Assembly (NCBI GenBank): GCA_963708185.1 | Contig: OY970195.1 | Span: 160,001-224,000 of the forward strand | Length of the DNA stretch: 64,000 bases | Origin: Candidatus Peregrinibacteria bacterium | Lineage (GTDB): Bacteria; Patescibacteriota; Gracilibacteria; UBA1369 | Direction: 5' to 3' | In this document: one piece after another, positions 9,168-18,412 of the stretch | Layout: the number at the start of each line of letters is the position of its first letter | Numbering within the stretch: position 1 is the stretch's first letter | Notes under the pieces: model-generated | Databases searched by the model: none | What the model was told of the DNA's origin: nothing | What the model saw: only the letters and a program-made list of their open reading frames with translations | Made by a program: the position numbers and the translations under genes

Positions 9168-10358
9168 TTATTTTTTGGCGAGTACCATCATCGTCTCTTT
9201 GGCAATCTGTTCTTCTTCGTTCGTGGGAACGACGAGGACACTCACTTTGCTTTTTTTCGATGAGATCATGAAGTCGTCCCGGGTGTTTTTTTGTGGATCG
9301 ATCATGACGCCGAGGTGGCTTAAATATGAACAGACGTCCCTGCGGATGTAGTAGGCGTGTTCGCCGATTCCCGCGGTAAAGATGATGGCGTCGAGTCCGT
9401 TCATGGCCGCGGCGTAGCTGCCGATGTACTTCGCAATACGGTAAGAAAGGATTTCAAAAGCCCGTTTCGCCCTGGGATTGTTCTTTTTCGCCGCGGCCCA
9501 CAGGACTCGGACGTCGGAACTGATTCCGGACATGCCTTTCAGTCCGGACCTCCCGTTGAGCATTTTTTCAACGGCTTCAGGTGTCTGGCGGTGTCGGGAC
9601 GTGAGATGGAAGACGATGGCGGGGTCAATGTCTCCGCTGCGCGTTCCCATGGGAATGCCCTCCAATGGCGTGAGTCCCATGCTCGTGTCTACGGATTTGC
9701 CGTTCACGATCGCGCAGAGGCTCGATCCGTTGCCGAGATGACAACTGACGATCTTTTGGGAAGGTAAGTTTTTTTTCTTTAAAAGTTTGATGGCTTTTTC
9801 ACTGACGTAATGGTGACTCGTTCCGTGGAAACCGTAACGGCGAATGCCGTCTTTTTCGTAAAGTTCATATGGAAGAGCGTAGAGAAAGGCTTTCGGTTGA
9901 AGTGTTTCGTGAAAGGCGGTATCAAAAACCGCGACCTGCGGAATGCCCTTGAGCAGTTTTTCGCAGGCTTCGATGGCTTTCAGGTTGTGAGGGTTATGCA
10001 GCGGAGCGAGTTCGCGCAGGTCGCGGATGGCTTTTTTGACCGCAGCGTTGATTTTTATCGCTTCACGATATTTTTCTCCGCCGTGAACTACCCGGTGGCC
10101 CACCGCGTCGATGACCTTAAGCGACTGAATGATTTTTAGCCCGGTCATTGATTTGAGGGCTATTTCCAGGGCTTCGCGGTGATTTTTGCATCGTACGTTT
10201 TTCTTGACGTTCTTTTTGCCGTTTTCGATGCGGAACTGACAGGTCGCAAGCCCGATGCCGTCAACGATGCCCCGGCACAGTTCTTTGAAATTTTTTGTGC
10301 TTTCGAGCAGCTGGAATTTGAGTGATGACGAGCCGGCATTGATGACAAGTATTTTCAT
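9168..10358 (-). CDS. ackA: acetate kinase
   Basis: VINAGSSSLKF, GHRVVHGG, APLHNP, RRYGFHGTSH, HLGNG, FTAGIGE, TNEE. Confidence 0.97.
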   Translation of the reverse strand: MKILVINAGSSSLKFQLLESTKNFKELCRGIVDGIGLATCQFRIENGKKNVKKNVRCKNHREALEIALKSMTGLKIIQSLKVIDAVGHRVVHGGEKYREAIKINAAVKKAIRDLRELAPLHNPHNLKAIEACEKLLKGIPQVAVFDTAFHETLQPKAFLYALPYELYEKDGIRRYGFHGTSHHYVSEKAIKLLKKKNLPSQKIVSCHLGNGSSLCAIVNGKSVDTSMGLTPLEGIPMGTRSGDIDPAIVFHLTSRHRQTPEAVEKMLNGRSGLKGMSGISSDVRVLWAAAKKNNPRAKRAFEILSYRIAKYIGSYAAAMNGLDAIIFTAGIGEHAYYIRRDVCSYLSHLGVMIDPQKNTRDDFMISSKKSKVSVLVVPTNEEEQIAKETMMVLAKK

Positions 10359-10364
10359 GGGTGT

Positions 10365-11381
10365 TTAGAGACCGAGTTCGTAGATGGCTTCTTCGCTTTC
10401 GCAGGTGGTGAGTGCGGAAAGGTCCGCAATGTCTTCAGCGGAACATCCGCGGGAAAGATCATTGATGGGTTTGGCGAGACCCTGGAGCATCGGACCGATG
10501 GCTTTGGCTCCGGCCAGTCTTTCCACGAGCTTGTAGGCGATGTTGGCCGCGTTGAGGTCCGGGAAGATGAGAATGTTGGCGTCGCCCTGGACTTTCGATC
10601 CGGGGAATTTGCTTTTGCAGACCCAGGGAACCAGTGCCGCGTCCACCTGCATTTCACCGTCAACTATAAGGTCGGGACGGCGGTCTTTGACGAGCTCCGT
10701 CGCTTCGCGGACTTTGTCGACCATGGGATGTCTTGCCGATCCGTTGGTTGAAAAAGAAAGCATGGCGATTTTTGGCGTGATGCCGAACCGTTTGGCCGTT
10801 TCCGCGGTGTCGATGGCGATGTCCGCCAGGCCGTGGGCGTCGGGATCGGGAGTGATGGCGCAGTCGGCAAAGAAGAGCAGCCTGTTCTCGAAAATCATGA
10901 AAAAGAGTCCGGAGACTTTATGGAATTTTTCTTTTGTTCCGATGATCTGCAGGGCTGGCCGTGCCGTCATGGCTGTCGTCCCCACGGCGCCGGAGATCAT
11001 GCCGTCGGCTTCTTTTAAATGCACGGCCATGACGCCCACGTAGTTGGGGTCTTTCATCAGCTTTGCCGCTTCGTCCTTGGTCATGCCTTTGTCTTTGCGC
11101 AATGCGTAGAGTTCTTCGACGTAACGTTCCAGAAGGTGGGCGTCCGTCGGGTCCATGATGCGGACTTTGTTGATATCGAGCTTCACGCCGAGTTCCTTGA
11201 TGCGTGCCTCCACCTCTTGGTGCGTGGCGATGAGAATGGGCTGGGCAGTCTGCTCTTCCAAGACTATTTCCATGGCTTTCAATGTTCGTTCATCAAGCGC
11301 CTCGGGGTAGGCGATGTAGCTTTGGATTTTTCGTGCCTTGTTTTTGATAACAGCCAGAAGATCTTTTTTTGTTTTTTCCAT
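10365..11381 (-). CDS. pta: phosphate acetyltransferase
   Basis: RPALQII, FADCA, AMLSFST, DGEMQVDAA, FPDLNAANIAYK, DLSRGCS. Confidence 0.96.
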   Translation of the reverse strand: MEKTKKDLLAVIKNKARKIQSYIAYPEALDERTLKAMEIVLEEQTAQPILIATHQEVEARIKELGVKLDINKVRIMDPTDAHLLERYVEELYALRKDKGMTKDEAAKLMKDPNYVGVMAVHLKEADGMISGAVGTTAMTARPALQIIGTKEKFHKVSGLFFMIFENRLLFFADCAITPDPDAHGLADIAIDTAETAKRFGITPKIAMLSFSTNGSARHPMVDKVREATELVKDRRPDLIVDGEMQVDAALVPWVCKSKFPGSKVQGDANILIFPDLNAANIAYKLVERLAGAKAIGPMLQGLAKPINDLSRGCSAEDIADLSALTTCESEEAIYELGL

Positions 11382-11466
11382 GCCTGTTTTTTTAATTTTC
11401 TCTATTTATATTTTACCACATTTTTATAACAGTGGCAAAGCCTCTTTTTTTGAAGCTTAAACAGTG

Positions 11467-12162
11467 TTATCCCTGCAGCGTAAAGCTCTTGATCCAGCTT
11501 TTGATGAGCATGCAGGTGATAATTGTTCCGAGTTTCCACCATGGAAGGTCGTGGCTGACGATTTCGATGTCGTTGCGTTTGATGGCTTCAAAGACCGACT
11601 CCACGTTTTTTTCGGCCCTGACAAGACTATAGGTGTCATTAACGTATTTGAGGATATGGTTGTCGGCGGTTCCGATGACCGGCTTGTTGTGTTTTTCAGC
11701 GAACTGGACGGCTTTTTTGTTGGGTCCGTTGAATTTTTTTGAGTGGTACCAGGAGTATTCGACGGCATCGAAAAGTCCGATGTGTTTTTCAAGGTCTTTT
11801 TGCAGTGAAATGGCTCCCGGGTAATAAGGATGGGCGGCAATGACCAGGCACTCGGGATGTTTTTTCCGGTACGCCGCGAGGTCGGCGAAGTTCTTGATGT
11901 TCTGCGCTTCCACCGTAGCGTTGATGATGAGGACGTGCTTGCGCAAAATGCTTTTTTCGATGCCCGGTATCAAAAGGATGCCCTTTTTATTGGCGTACTT
12001 TTTGAGATCGTCACTGAAAATAAGCGCATTGTGGCAGGTGATGCTCAGGACGTCGTAGCCGAGTCTTGCCGCTTCATCGATGAGCTGGTGTTCGGAATGT
12101 TTGACCGCATCGATAGGATCCTGCCCTGTATGCAGGTGAAAGTTGATTTTAAGCTTACGCAT
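11467..12162 (-). CDS. PHP-domain phosphoesterase
   Basis: FHLHT, ITCHN, GIE, AAHPY, ADNH motifs. Start placed at MRKLKI. Confidence 0.8.
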   Translation of the reverse strand: MRKLKINFHLHTGQDPIDAVKHSEHQLIDEAARLGYDVLSITCHNALIFSDDLKKYANKKGILLIPGIEKSILRKHVLIINATVEAQNIKNFADLAAYRKKHPECLVIAAHPYYPGAISLQKDLEKHIGLFDAVEYSWYHSKKFNGPNKKAVQFAEKHNKPVIGTADNHILKYVNDTYSLVRAEKNVESVFEAIKRNDIEIVSHDLPWWKLGTIITCMLIKSWIKSFTLQG

Positions 12163-12235
12163 AGAATAATTTTGCTGGATCAATCAGCCCGGACGCTTTC
12201 GCGTCGGACTCCTCCCTTCTTGGGGAGCTCGCTCG

Positions 12236-12469
12236 TCAGTGGGTGAGCTGGTTGAAATCGTCCACGGTCTTTACAACCTGTTGTGATTTTTCATCATAGG
12301 CCGCCTTGGTCTGGAGAACCTGCGTCTTGATGTTGTCGGCCTGTTGGGACATGCTGTCGATGGTTTGCTGTCCCTGCTGGCGAAGGTTGTCAGCCTGATT
12401 CTGGAGCTGTTGGCATCCGCACAAGGCCATTGCGCCGATAAGACCGGTGGCGAAAAGAATTTTTTTCAT
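12236..12469 (-). CDS. small Gln-rich helical lipoprotein
   Basis: MKK + hydrophobic core + LCGC lipobox-like site, followed by QQADN repeats. Confidence 0.7.
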   Translation of the reverse strand: MKKILFATGLIGAMALCGCQQLQNQADNLRQQGQQTIDSMSQQADNIKTQVLQTKAAYDEKSQQVVKTVDDFNQLTH

Positions 12470-12786
12470 ATGGAAAAGAGTTCTTTAAAGTCTCCGTTGA
12501 ATTTGTTGAGGAAGTTGTGCATGTCCAGGACCTCGTTCGGATCAACCGAATCCGTGTTTCTGGTCTTGATGTTGAGGTTGGCGCTGTGTTCTTCGTTGTG
12601 TCCCACGATCGCCACGTGCACAAGGAGCTGGTTTTTGCAGTTGTAGCAGTTGAAATGAAACAGTCCTTCATTCTGGTAGGTGGAAATAACCTGGAGGTCG
12701 TTGTCCACGAATTTTTTGTGGCAGACGTTGCAGGGCACGGTTTTTTTGAGCTGTTTGATGATCTCTTTGAGTTCCGGATAGTTCAT
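12466..12786 (-). CDS. zinc-ribbon hypothetical protein
   Basis: CNVC...CYNC pair and C-terminal NEVLDMHNFL..F.GDF..LF. Stop overlaps the next start. Confidence 0.75.
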   Translation of the reverse strand: MNYPELKEIIKQLKKTVPCNVCHKKFVDNDLQVISTYQNEGLFHFNCYNCKNQLLVHVAIVGHNEEHSANLNIKTRNTDSVDPNEVLDMHNFLNKFNGDFKELFSI

Positions 12787-12868
12787 AGGGATGGTATTAA
12801 GAAATACATCCGCTTCTGTCCCTAATATGGCACCGTTTTTTTAGAATGTAAAGAGCTGCTGGATGCTC

Positions 12869-14446
12869 TTATTTCAGCTCTTCCAGAGCTTTTTCCAGCC
12901 GGTGGAGGGTTTCTTCCTTGCCGAGCGCCCAGATGACTTCGAAAACTCCCGGCGTGAACTGCTCGTTGGTCAGGGCGACGCGCACCGGCCAGAAGACCTG
13001 TCCGTTTTTGTATCCGAGTACGGCGACGACGTCCATCAGGCACTGTTTGATCGTTTCCATGTTTTCAAAGTCGTCAAGTTTCTGGAGCGCTTCACGGCTT
13101 TTTTGCAAAGCGGTGAGGGCGTGCTCTTTTTCCACTTTCATTTTGGGGTTGAGGAGCAGGGTCAGGTTGAGCGGTCCGGGTTCAAAATAAAATTTCATGT
13201 TCACTGCGCTTTCGGAAGCGTTCTTGAGGACCTTTTCCTCGATGGTGATGAGGGCCTTGTCCAGAAGTCCGCCCCGTTCGCGCCAGTCGGTGGGGATGTA
13301 CTGCTTGGCAAGTTCGTAGAGCAGTTCGCCCCGGACCTCAGTGAACATTTTCTGTTTTTCCGCGCCGGAGAATTTGAAGACCTTTTCGTGTTTTTCGTTC
13401 TCGGATATTTCGCAACTGCTCTCGATTTCTTTGGCGAGCTGTTCGAGTTTTTCGGAGTACTTTCGTTTGTTCCACTGGAAGTTGAACCAGTTGAGCTTTT
13501 CAAGGTCGAAAACCGCGCCTGCTTTATGGATCTGTTCAAGGCTGAACGATTGCACGAGTTCGTCGAGCGTGAAAAGTTCCTGTTCAACTCCGCCGCCGGG
13601 ATGCCAACCAAGCAGGGCGATGAAATTGGTGATGGCTTCGCGACTGTACCCTTTCTGGATGTAGTCCTCCACGCTGACGTCTCCCTGGCGCTTGGAAAGT
13701 TTGGTCTTGTCCTTATTGAGAAGTAACGGGAGATGTGCGTATTCCGGGGCTTTCCAGCCGAAGGCTTCGTAGAGATAGAGATGTTTCGGCGTCGAAGGGA
13801 GCCATTCTTCTCCGCGGATAACATGGGTGATTTCCATGAGGTGGTCGTCGACGACGTTGGCCAGGTGGTAGGTCGGGAAATTGTCGGATTTCATGAGGAC
13901 CTGGTCGTCGATGGTGCTGCTGCTGAAACTGACGATGCCGCGGATGTGATCCTTGAACATGAGTTTCTGGCCGTGCGGAATTTTCTGGCGGATCACAAAA
14001 GGGATACCTTCCTTGAGTTTGGCTTCGATCTCTTCCTTGGTGAGTTTGAGACAGGTGCGGTCGTACATGGGCGCCTGTTTGAGTTTTGCCTGTTTTTCGC
14101 GCATCTGTTCGAGCCGTTCCGAGGTGCAGAAACAGCGGTAGGCGGCGCCTTTTTCCATGAGGAGGTCGGCGTGTTTGCGGTAGATGTCGGTACGTTGGGA
14201 TTGCACGTAGGGGCCGAAGCCGCCGTCTTTTCCGGGACCTTCGTCGTAGGTGAGTCCAGCCCACTCCAGGGTTTTGAGAAGGTTTTCCACGGCTCCTTCC
14301 ACGAAACGTTTCTGGTCCGTGTCCTCGATGCGCAGAATAAACTTTCCGTTATTTTTTCTGGCAAATAAATAGCAGTAGAGTGCGGTGCGGAGTCCACCTA
14401 CATGGAGGTATCCGGTTGGAGAAGGGGCAAAACGCGTTCTTATCAT
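12869..14446 (-). CDS. gltX: glutamate--tRNA ligase
   Basis: RFAPSPTGYLHVGG, LRIEDTD, HVIRGEEW, KLSKR. Start placed at MIRTRF. Confidence 0.97.
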   Translation of the reverse strand: MIRTRFAPSPTGYLHVGGLRTALYCYLFARKNNGKFILRIEDTDQKRFVEGAVENLLKTLEWAGLTYDEGPGKDGGFGPYVQSQRTDIYRKHADLLMEKGAAYRCFCTSERLEQMREKQAKLKQAPMYDRTCLKLTKEEIEAKLKEGIPFVIRQKIPHGQKLMFKDHIRGIVSFSSSTIDDQVLMKSDNFPTYHLANVVDDHLMEITHVIRGEEWLPSTPKHLYLYEAFGWKAPEYAHLPLLLNKDKTKLSKRQGDVSVEDYIQKGYSREAITNFIALLGWHPGGGVEQELFTLDELVQSFSLEQIHKAGAVFDLEKLNWFNFQWNKRKYSEKLEQLAKEIESSCEISENEKHEKVFKFSGAEKQKMFTEVRGELLYELAKQYIPTDWRERGGLLDKALITIEEKVLKNASESAVNMKFYFEPGPLNLTLLLNPKMKVEKEHALTALQKSREALQKLDDFENMETIKQCLMDVVAVLGYKNGQVFWPVRVALTNEQFTPGVFEVIWALGKEETLHRLEKALEELK

Positions 14447-14507
14447 GATAAAAAACAAAAATGAACGAAGTCATGATAGCAGAATGCGAAGATTTAGCGA
14501 GATCACA

Positions 14508-14535
14508 TTGACAATTTTCGGGTTCGTCCTATTAT
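14508..14535 (+). promoter_or_regulatory. sigma70-type promoter of the receiver-domain gene
   Basis: TTGACA-N16-TATTAT, ending 23 nt upstream of ATG 14559. Confidence 0.6.
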
Positions 14536-14558
14536 GCCTGCCACATTATTTTCATGTT

Positions 14559-14981
14559 ATGACACGCATTCTCCTTGCAGACGACAACGAAGATACCGTC
14601 GCGGTCATGAAGCTTATCATCGACGGACAGACTGACAACGCCCACGAGGTCGTTGAGGTCTATAACGGACATGATGCGATCGCTGAAATACGGCGTGCCG
14701 AAAGCGCGAAAGTTTTCGGTTTGGTCATTACCGATTTTGAAATGGGACAAGGTCCCGACGGGGTTGATGTCGCCACCGAGGCGATCCGAAATAACATCGC
14801 CCACGTCTTTATCAACACGAGCTTTCAACAGGGTGATTCGACTTATGCCGGTAGCAAGCTTGCTGATGCTATGAAAAAGTATGGAAACATGAACGTCGTT
14901 CCCAAGATGGATTATGATGGTTTGCAAAAGCATATCTTCCCGCTTTTAGCTGAGGAAGAACCTATACGATTGAAGAAATAG
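14559..14981 (+). CDS. single-domain response regulator (CheY-like receiver)
   Basis: RILLADD, LVITDFEM (phosphoacceptor Asp), NT, PK. True start MTRILL at 14559. Confidence 0.82.
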   Translation: MTRILLADDNEDTVAVMKLIIDGQTDNAHEVVEVYNGHDAIAEIRRAESAKVFGLVITDFEMGQGPDGVDVATEAIRNNIAHVFINTSFQQGDSTYAGSKLADAMKKYGNMNVVPKMDYDGLQKHIFPLLAEEEPIRLKK

Positions 14982-15074
14982 TGTCCCCTCATACTCATGT
15001 CCTTTTTTTCAACATTGCATCTTCCCAAAAGATCTCGTTTCGTGTATAGTTTTGGTACTTTTTTGTTTTAATCC

Positions 15075-17348
15075 ATGGCTAAGAGACGCCAGAAATCTAC
15101 ATCACGCCGACGCCGTTCCACCAGCAGGAGAAAAAGTTCGCTCACGCTCGAAGTGAAGTCTTCAGTGATGCGGGAAATTTGGGCCGTGGTTTATCTCGGC
15201 CTCGGTTTTATCACCCTGTTGAGTCTGTGGAATAATTTCGGTCTGGCCGGAGAGGTCTGGGTTGGCATACTGAAGCCAATTTTGGGGTGGGGGATTGTCG
15301 CCCTCCCCTATATGTTTTTTGGAGCGGCACTCATGTTGTTTTTGGCCAAAGAGGTGGCATTCCCGCTTTCAAGAATTTTGGGGATTTTTTTCATGTTGAT
15401 CTCGGTTTTGAGTATTTTCCATCTCTCCGTTCCCATGGATCAGATTTACCTTGCCGCTTCACAGGGCTCGTACGGCGGATACGTCGGTTTCGTGACCAAT
15501 TTCATTCTGCGAGAAGTACTCAATGTGGGAACGCTGGGTGCCGGTGCGATATTCGTGACACTTTTTATAATTTCACTTCTGCTGACCTTCGAAATTTCAC
15601 TTCAGAAGGTTTTTGCTTTTTTTAACCCCCAGATTCGAATCGTTCGTAAACGCGCAGCGGCCAGAGGAGGGCGCGGTGATGAGGACGATGTTGAAGACAG
15701 TATGGAAGATGCCGATGAAGAAGACGAGGATCTTAAAAAAGTTTTTGAACCCGATGAAGAAGAAGCGGAAGCCGCGGCGCTCGCCGCTCTTAAGATTCAT
15801 CGTTTGCACGCCGATGATGAATCCGAGGCGGGCGACGAGGAATATAATCCGAAACCGCGCATTGTTCCCATTAAAGAAGAAAAAGAAGAAGCGCTCGTGG
15901 ATAAGGAAGGGGAGTATGCCGGATGGACGTTTCCTTCCCTTGATTTGCTTAATCCGGCCATGACGGATGTGGGATCGGATGATTCACTGCTCAAAGATAA
16001 TGCCCAGAAAATTCATGACAAACTGTCCCAGTTCGGCATCGAAGTGGCGATGCACGAGGTCCATGTCGGCCCGACGGTCATCCAGTATACGCTTCGTCCG
16101 GACGAAGGGATCAAGCTCTCAAAGATTACGGCGTTGAAGAGTGATCTTGCGCTTGCTCTTGCCGCGAAAGCTGTTCGTATCGAAGCGCCGATTCCCGGGA
16201 AGTCGTTAGTAGGAATTGAGGTTCCCAATGACCAGCGCTCGCTCGTCCATTTGCGCGAAATTCTTGAAAGCAAGGAGTATAAGGAGATCGAATCCAACCT
16301 TCGCCTTCCTCTGGGACGTGATGTTTCGGGGAAGCCGATGTGCGGTGACCTTGCTTCCATGCCTCATTTATTGATAGCCGGGGCAACGGGTTCAGGAAAG
16401 TCCGTAGGGATGAATACTTTTTTGATTTCTCTCATTTATCAGAACTCTCCGGCCGATCTTCGCTTCATCATGATTGACCCCAAACGCGTTGAATTGACGC
16501 CTTACAACGGGATCCCTCATTTGCTGACGCCGGTGATCACCGATCCAGAAAAGGCCGCTATCGGACTGCGTTGGGCCGTTGCTGAAATGAACCGTCGTTA
16601 TCAGCTTTGCGCCGAGCTCGGTCATAAAAACATTGAGGAGTTCAATACCTGCCAGGAGGTCCATGAAGAAGGTCGTGAGCTTCCGGGACACCAGAATATG
16701 CCCAACGTTGTCATTGTCATTGATGAGTTGGCCGATTTGATGATGGCCGCCGGGAAAGAGGTCGAAGCTTCGATCTGCCGTATCGCCCAGATGGCTCGCG
16801 CCGTCGGCATGCACCTGATCGTCGCGACCCAACGTCCTTCCGTTGACGTCATTACCGGTTTGATCAAAGCCAACGTTCCTGCTCGCATCGCCTTTGCCGT
16901 GAGCTCATCCGTTGATTCCCGCACGATCCTGGACGGTGGTGGGGCTGAAGATTTGCTCGGAAAGGGAGATATGCTTTATTTGCCCGGAGGCATGAGTAAG
17001 CCCGTCCGCGTCCAGGGCATTTACGTTTCGACGAAGGAGATTGAGCGTGTTATCAATAATATCAAGATTGCCGCTCCGCCGAATTACGTTGATGACATTG
17101 TTTCCCCGAAAGTCGCCCATGATAAAATCCAGGGTATTCCGGAAAGCTCGCTTGGTGAGGAGGATGACGAGGATCTGTACCAGAGAGCTTTGCAGCTTGT
17201 TGCTGAGTCGAGAAAAGCGTCCGCATCCCTTTTGCAGAGGCGTTTGAAGGTGGGATACGCGCGCGCGGCAAGGCTTTTGGATATGATGGAGGAAAATGGG
17301 GTTATAGGGCCCGTTAACGGAGCAAAACCCAGGGATATATACCTATAA
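15075..17348 (+). CDS. ftsK: DNA translocase FtsK/SpoIIIE
   Basis: 4TM N-terminus, acidic linker, PHLLIAGATGSGKS, IDELADLMM, ATQRPSVDVITG, gamma domain SASLLQRRL.VGYARAAR. Confidence 0.97.
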   Translation: MAKRRQKSTSRRRRSTSRRKSSLTLEVKSSVMREIWAVVYLGLGFITLLSLWNNFGLAGEVWVGILKPILGWGIVALPYMFFGAALMLFLAKEVAFPLSRILGIFFMLISVLSIFHLSVPMDQIYLAASQGSYGGYVGFVTNFILREVLNVGTLGAGAIFVTLFIISLLLTFEISLQKVFAFFNPQIRIVRKRAAARGGRGDEDDVEDSMEDADEEDEDLKKVFEPDEEEAEAAALAALKIHRLHADDESEAGDEEYNPKPRIVPIKEEKEEALVDKEGEYAGWTFPSLDLLNPAMTDVGSDDSLLKDNAQKIHDKLSQFGIEVAMHEVHVGPTVIQYTLRPDEGIKLSKITALKSDLALALAAKAVRIEAPIPGKSLVGIEVPNDQRSLVHLREILESKEYKEIESNLRLPLGRDVSGKPMCGDLASMPHLLIAGATGSGKSVGMNTFLISLIYQNSPADLRFIMIDPKRVELTPYNGIPHLLTPVITDPEKAAIGLRWAVAEMNRRYQLCAELGHKNIEEFNTCQEVHEEGRELPGHQNMPNVVIVIDELADLMMAAGKEVEASICRIAQMARAVGMHLIVATQRPSVDVITGLIKANVPARIAFAVSSSVDSRTILDGGGAEDLLGKGDMLYLPGGMSKPVRVQGIYVSTKEIERVINNIKIAAPPNYVDDIVSPKVAHDKIQGIPESSLGEEDDEDLYQRALQLVAESRKASASLLQRRLKVGYARAARLLDMMEENGVIGPVNGAKPRDIYL

Positions 17349-17446
17349 ATATTTTTTCAGGTTCAGCAACCATATTTTGTAACTTTTTTCCCGGATTTCC
17401 CTTATAAATTAAAGGTAAGGGATAACTTTCCAGAGTGCATATGCTA

Positions 17447-17474
17447 TTGACATTCAAGTTTTTTATGTTATATT
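17447..17474 (+). promoter_or_regulatory. sigma70-type promoter of the three-paralog operon
   Basis: TTGACA-N16-TATATT with extended TG. Confidence 0.6.
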
Positions 17475-17497
17475 AATTTCTTCATTGTTTTGTCGCT

Positions 17498-18403
17498 ATG
17501 AAAAATTTTGTGTCTCCATCGAACAAGCGGTTACGCCAGCCGGATGTTGCGGATCAAAACCTGAACGGACGAGTGAACCGTGCAGCGCAAGGTCCTGATG
17601 TTGTTCAAAATATCAAACGTTCCATCAGAACGTCAGCCCGAAGGGTTCTTGTTGTTTCTTCTTTGGTTTTTCCTTTTGCCGCCGCCGCCGCTTCACAGTC
17701 ATGTTCACTGGATACGCGCGGAACTGGAGAAGGTATGGAAATGGATTCAGGTACAGACTCACCATTACTCCAAGATGGAGGCGGTTTTCCCGAGACCGAA
17801 CCTTTTCCGGATGTCGTCACCGATGTCGTCGATGAGCCGGACGTCGCAGGTGATGCTCAAGCTGACGCCGATGCGGAAGTTGGTGCTGATTCGGGTCCGG
17901 ATGCTCCTGTTGATGCAGGGTTCGATGCCGATGCTGAAGTGGACGCTGATGCGGAAACTGAAGCCGGAGTCGATTCCGGCGATGCGGAAGCAGGTGCGGA
18001 TGCCGGGACAGACGCATCTTTATCCAACGATCCTTCGGCCAATGTATGTATTCACTGGCTGACTTCTCAATTGGGGACAACCCTGGGTTTTGCTTCGGAC
18101 AACCATGTCTGTGAGCCGAAACCATTGTCTTCCGTTCCGATCAAATCGGGAATCGACATGTATTTCTGGTCTAAAGACGGCTCGACAAATAATGAGATTC
18201 TTTTCAGTACGGTCATCAACCCAACGTCATATTCCAAAAAATGCAGTTCCTATTCCACCCCGCCGAACAAGGCCGAAATGGAAACGGAACTTTTTTCCAG
18301 TGGCTATGCCACCATTACCAATGGGGGAGTTTTACCGCAGGTGAAATTGACCGACGGCTCCTGTCCCAACGGCACTGCTTACGTTATCCATCTCAACCCT
18401 TAA
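17498..18403 (+). CDS. putative lipoprotein, paralog 1 (long leader, Asp/Ala-rich linker, 4-Cys C-terminal domain)
   Basis: Hydrophobic stretch ending SQSC (Cys69), DAG/DAD-rich linker, C-terminal domain CIHWLT..LGTT / YFWSKD / KCS.YSTPPNK / SCPNG shared with the next two ORFs. Confidence 0.8.
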   Translation: MKNFVSPSNKRLRQPDVADQNLNGRVNRAAQGPDVVQNIKRSIRTSARRVLVVSSLVFPFAAAAASQSCSLDTRGTGEGMEMDSGTDSPLLQDGGGFPETEPFPDVVTDVVDEPDVAGDAQADADAEVGADSGPDAPVDAGFDADAEVDADAETEAGVDSGDAEAGADAGTDASLSNDPSANVCIHWLTSQLGTTLGFASDNHVCEPKPLSSVPIKSGIDMYFWSKDGSTNNEILFSTVINPTSYSKKCSSYSTPPNKAEMETELFSSGYATITNGGVLPQVKLTDGSCPNGTAYVIHLNP

Positions 18404-18412
18404 ATTTTTTCT

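Noticed and set aside
12191-12235. Two small GC hairpins between the lipoprotein and PHP genes as a riboswitch or REP element
   Set aside because: Too short, no second copy noticed in the window, and no match to an RNA family I recognise.
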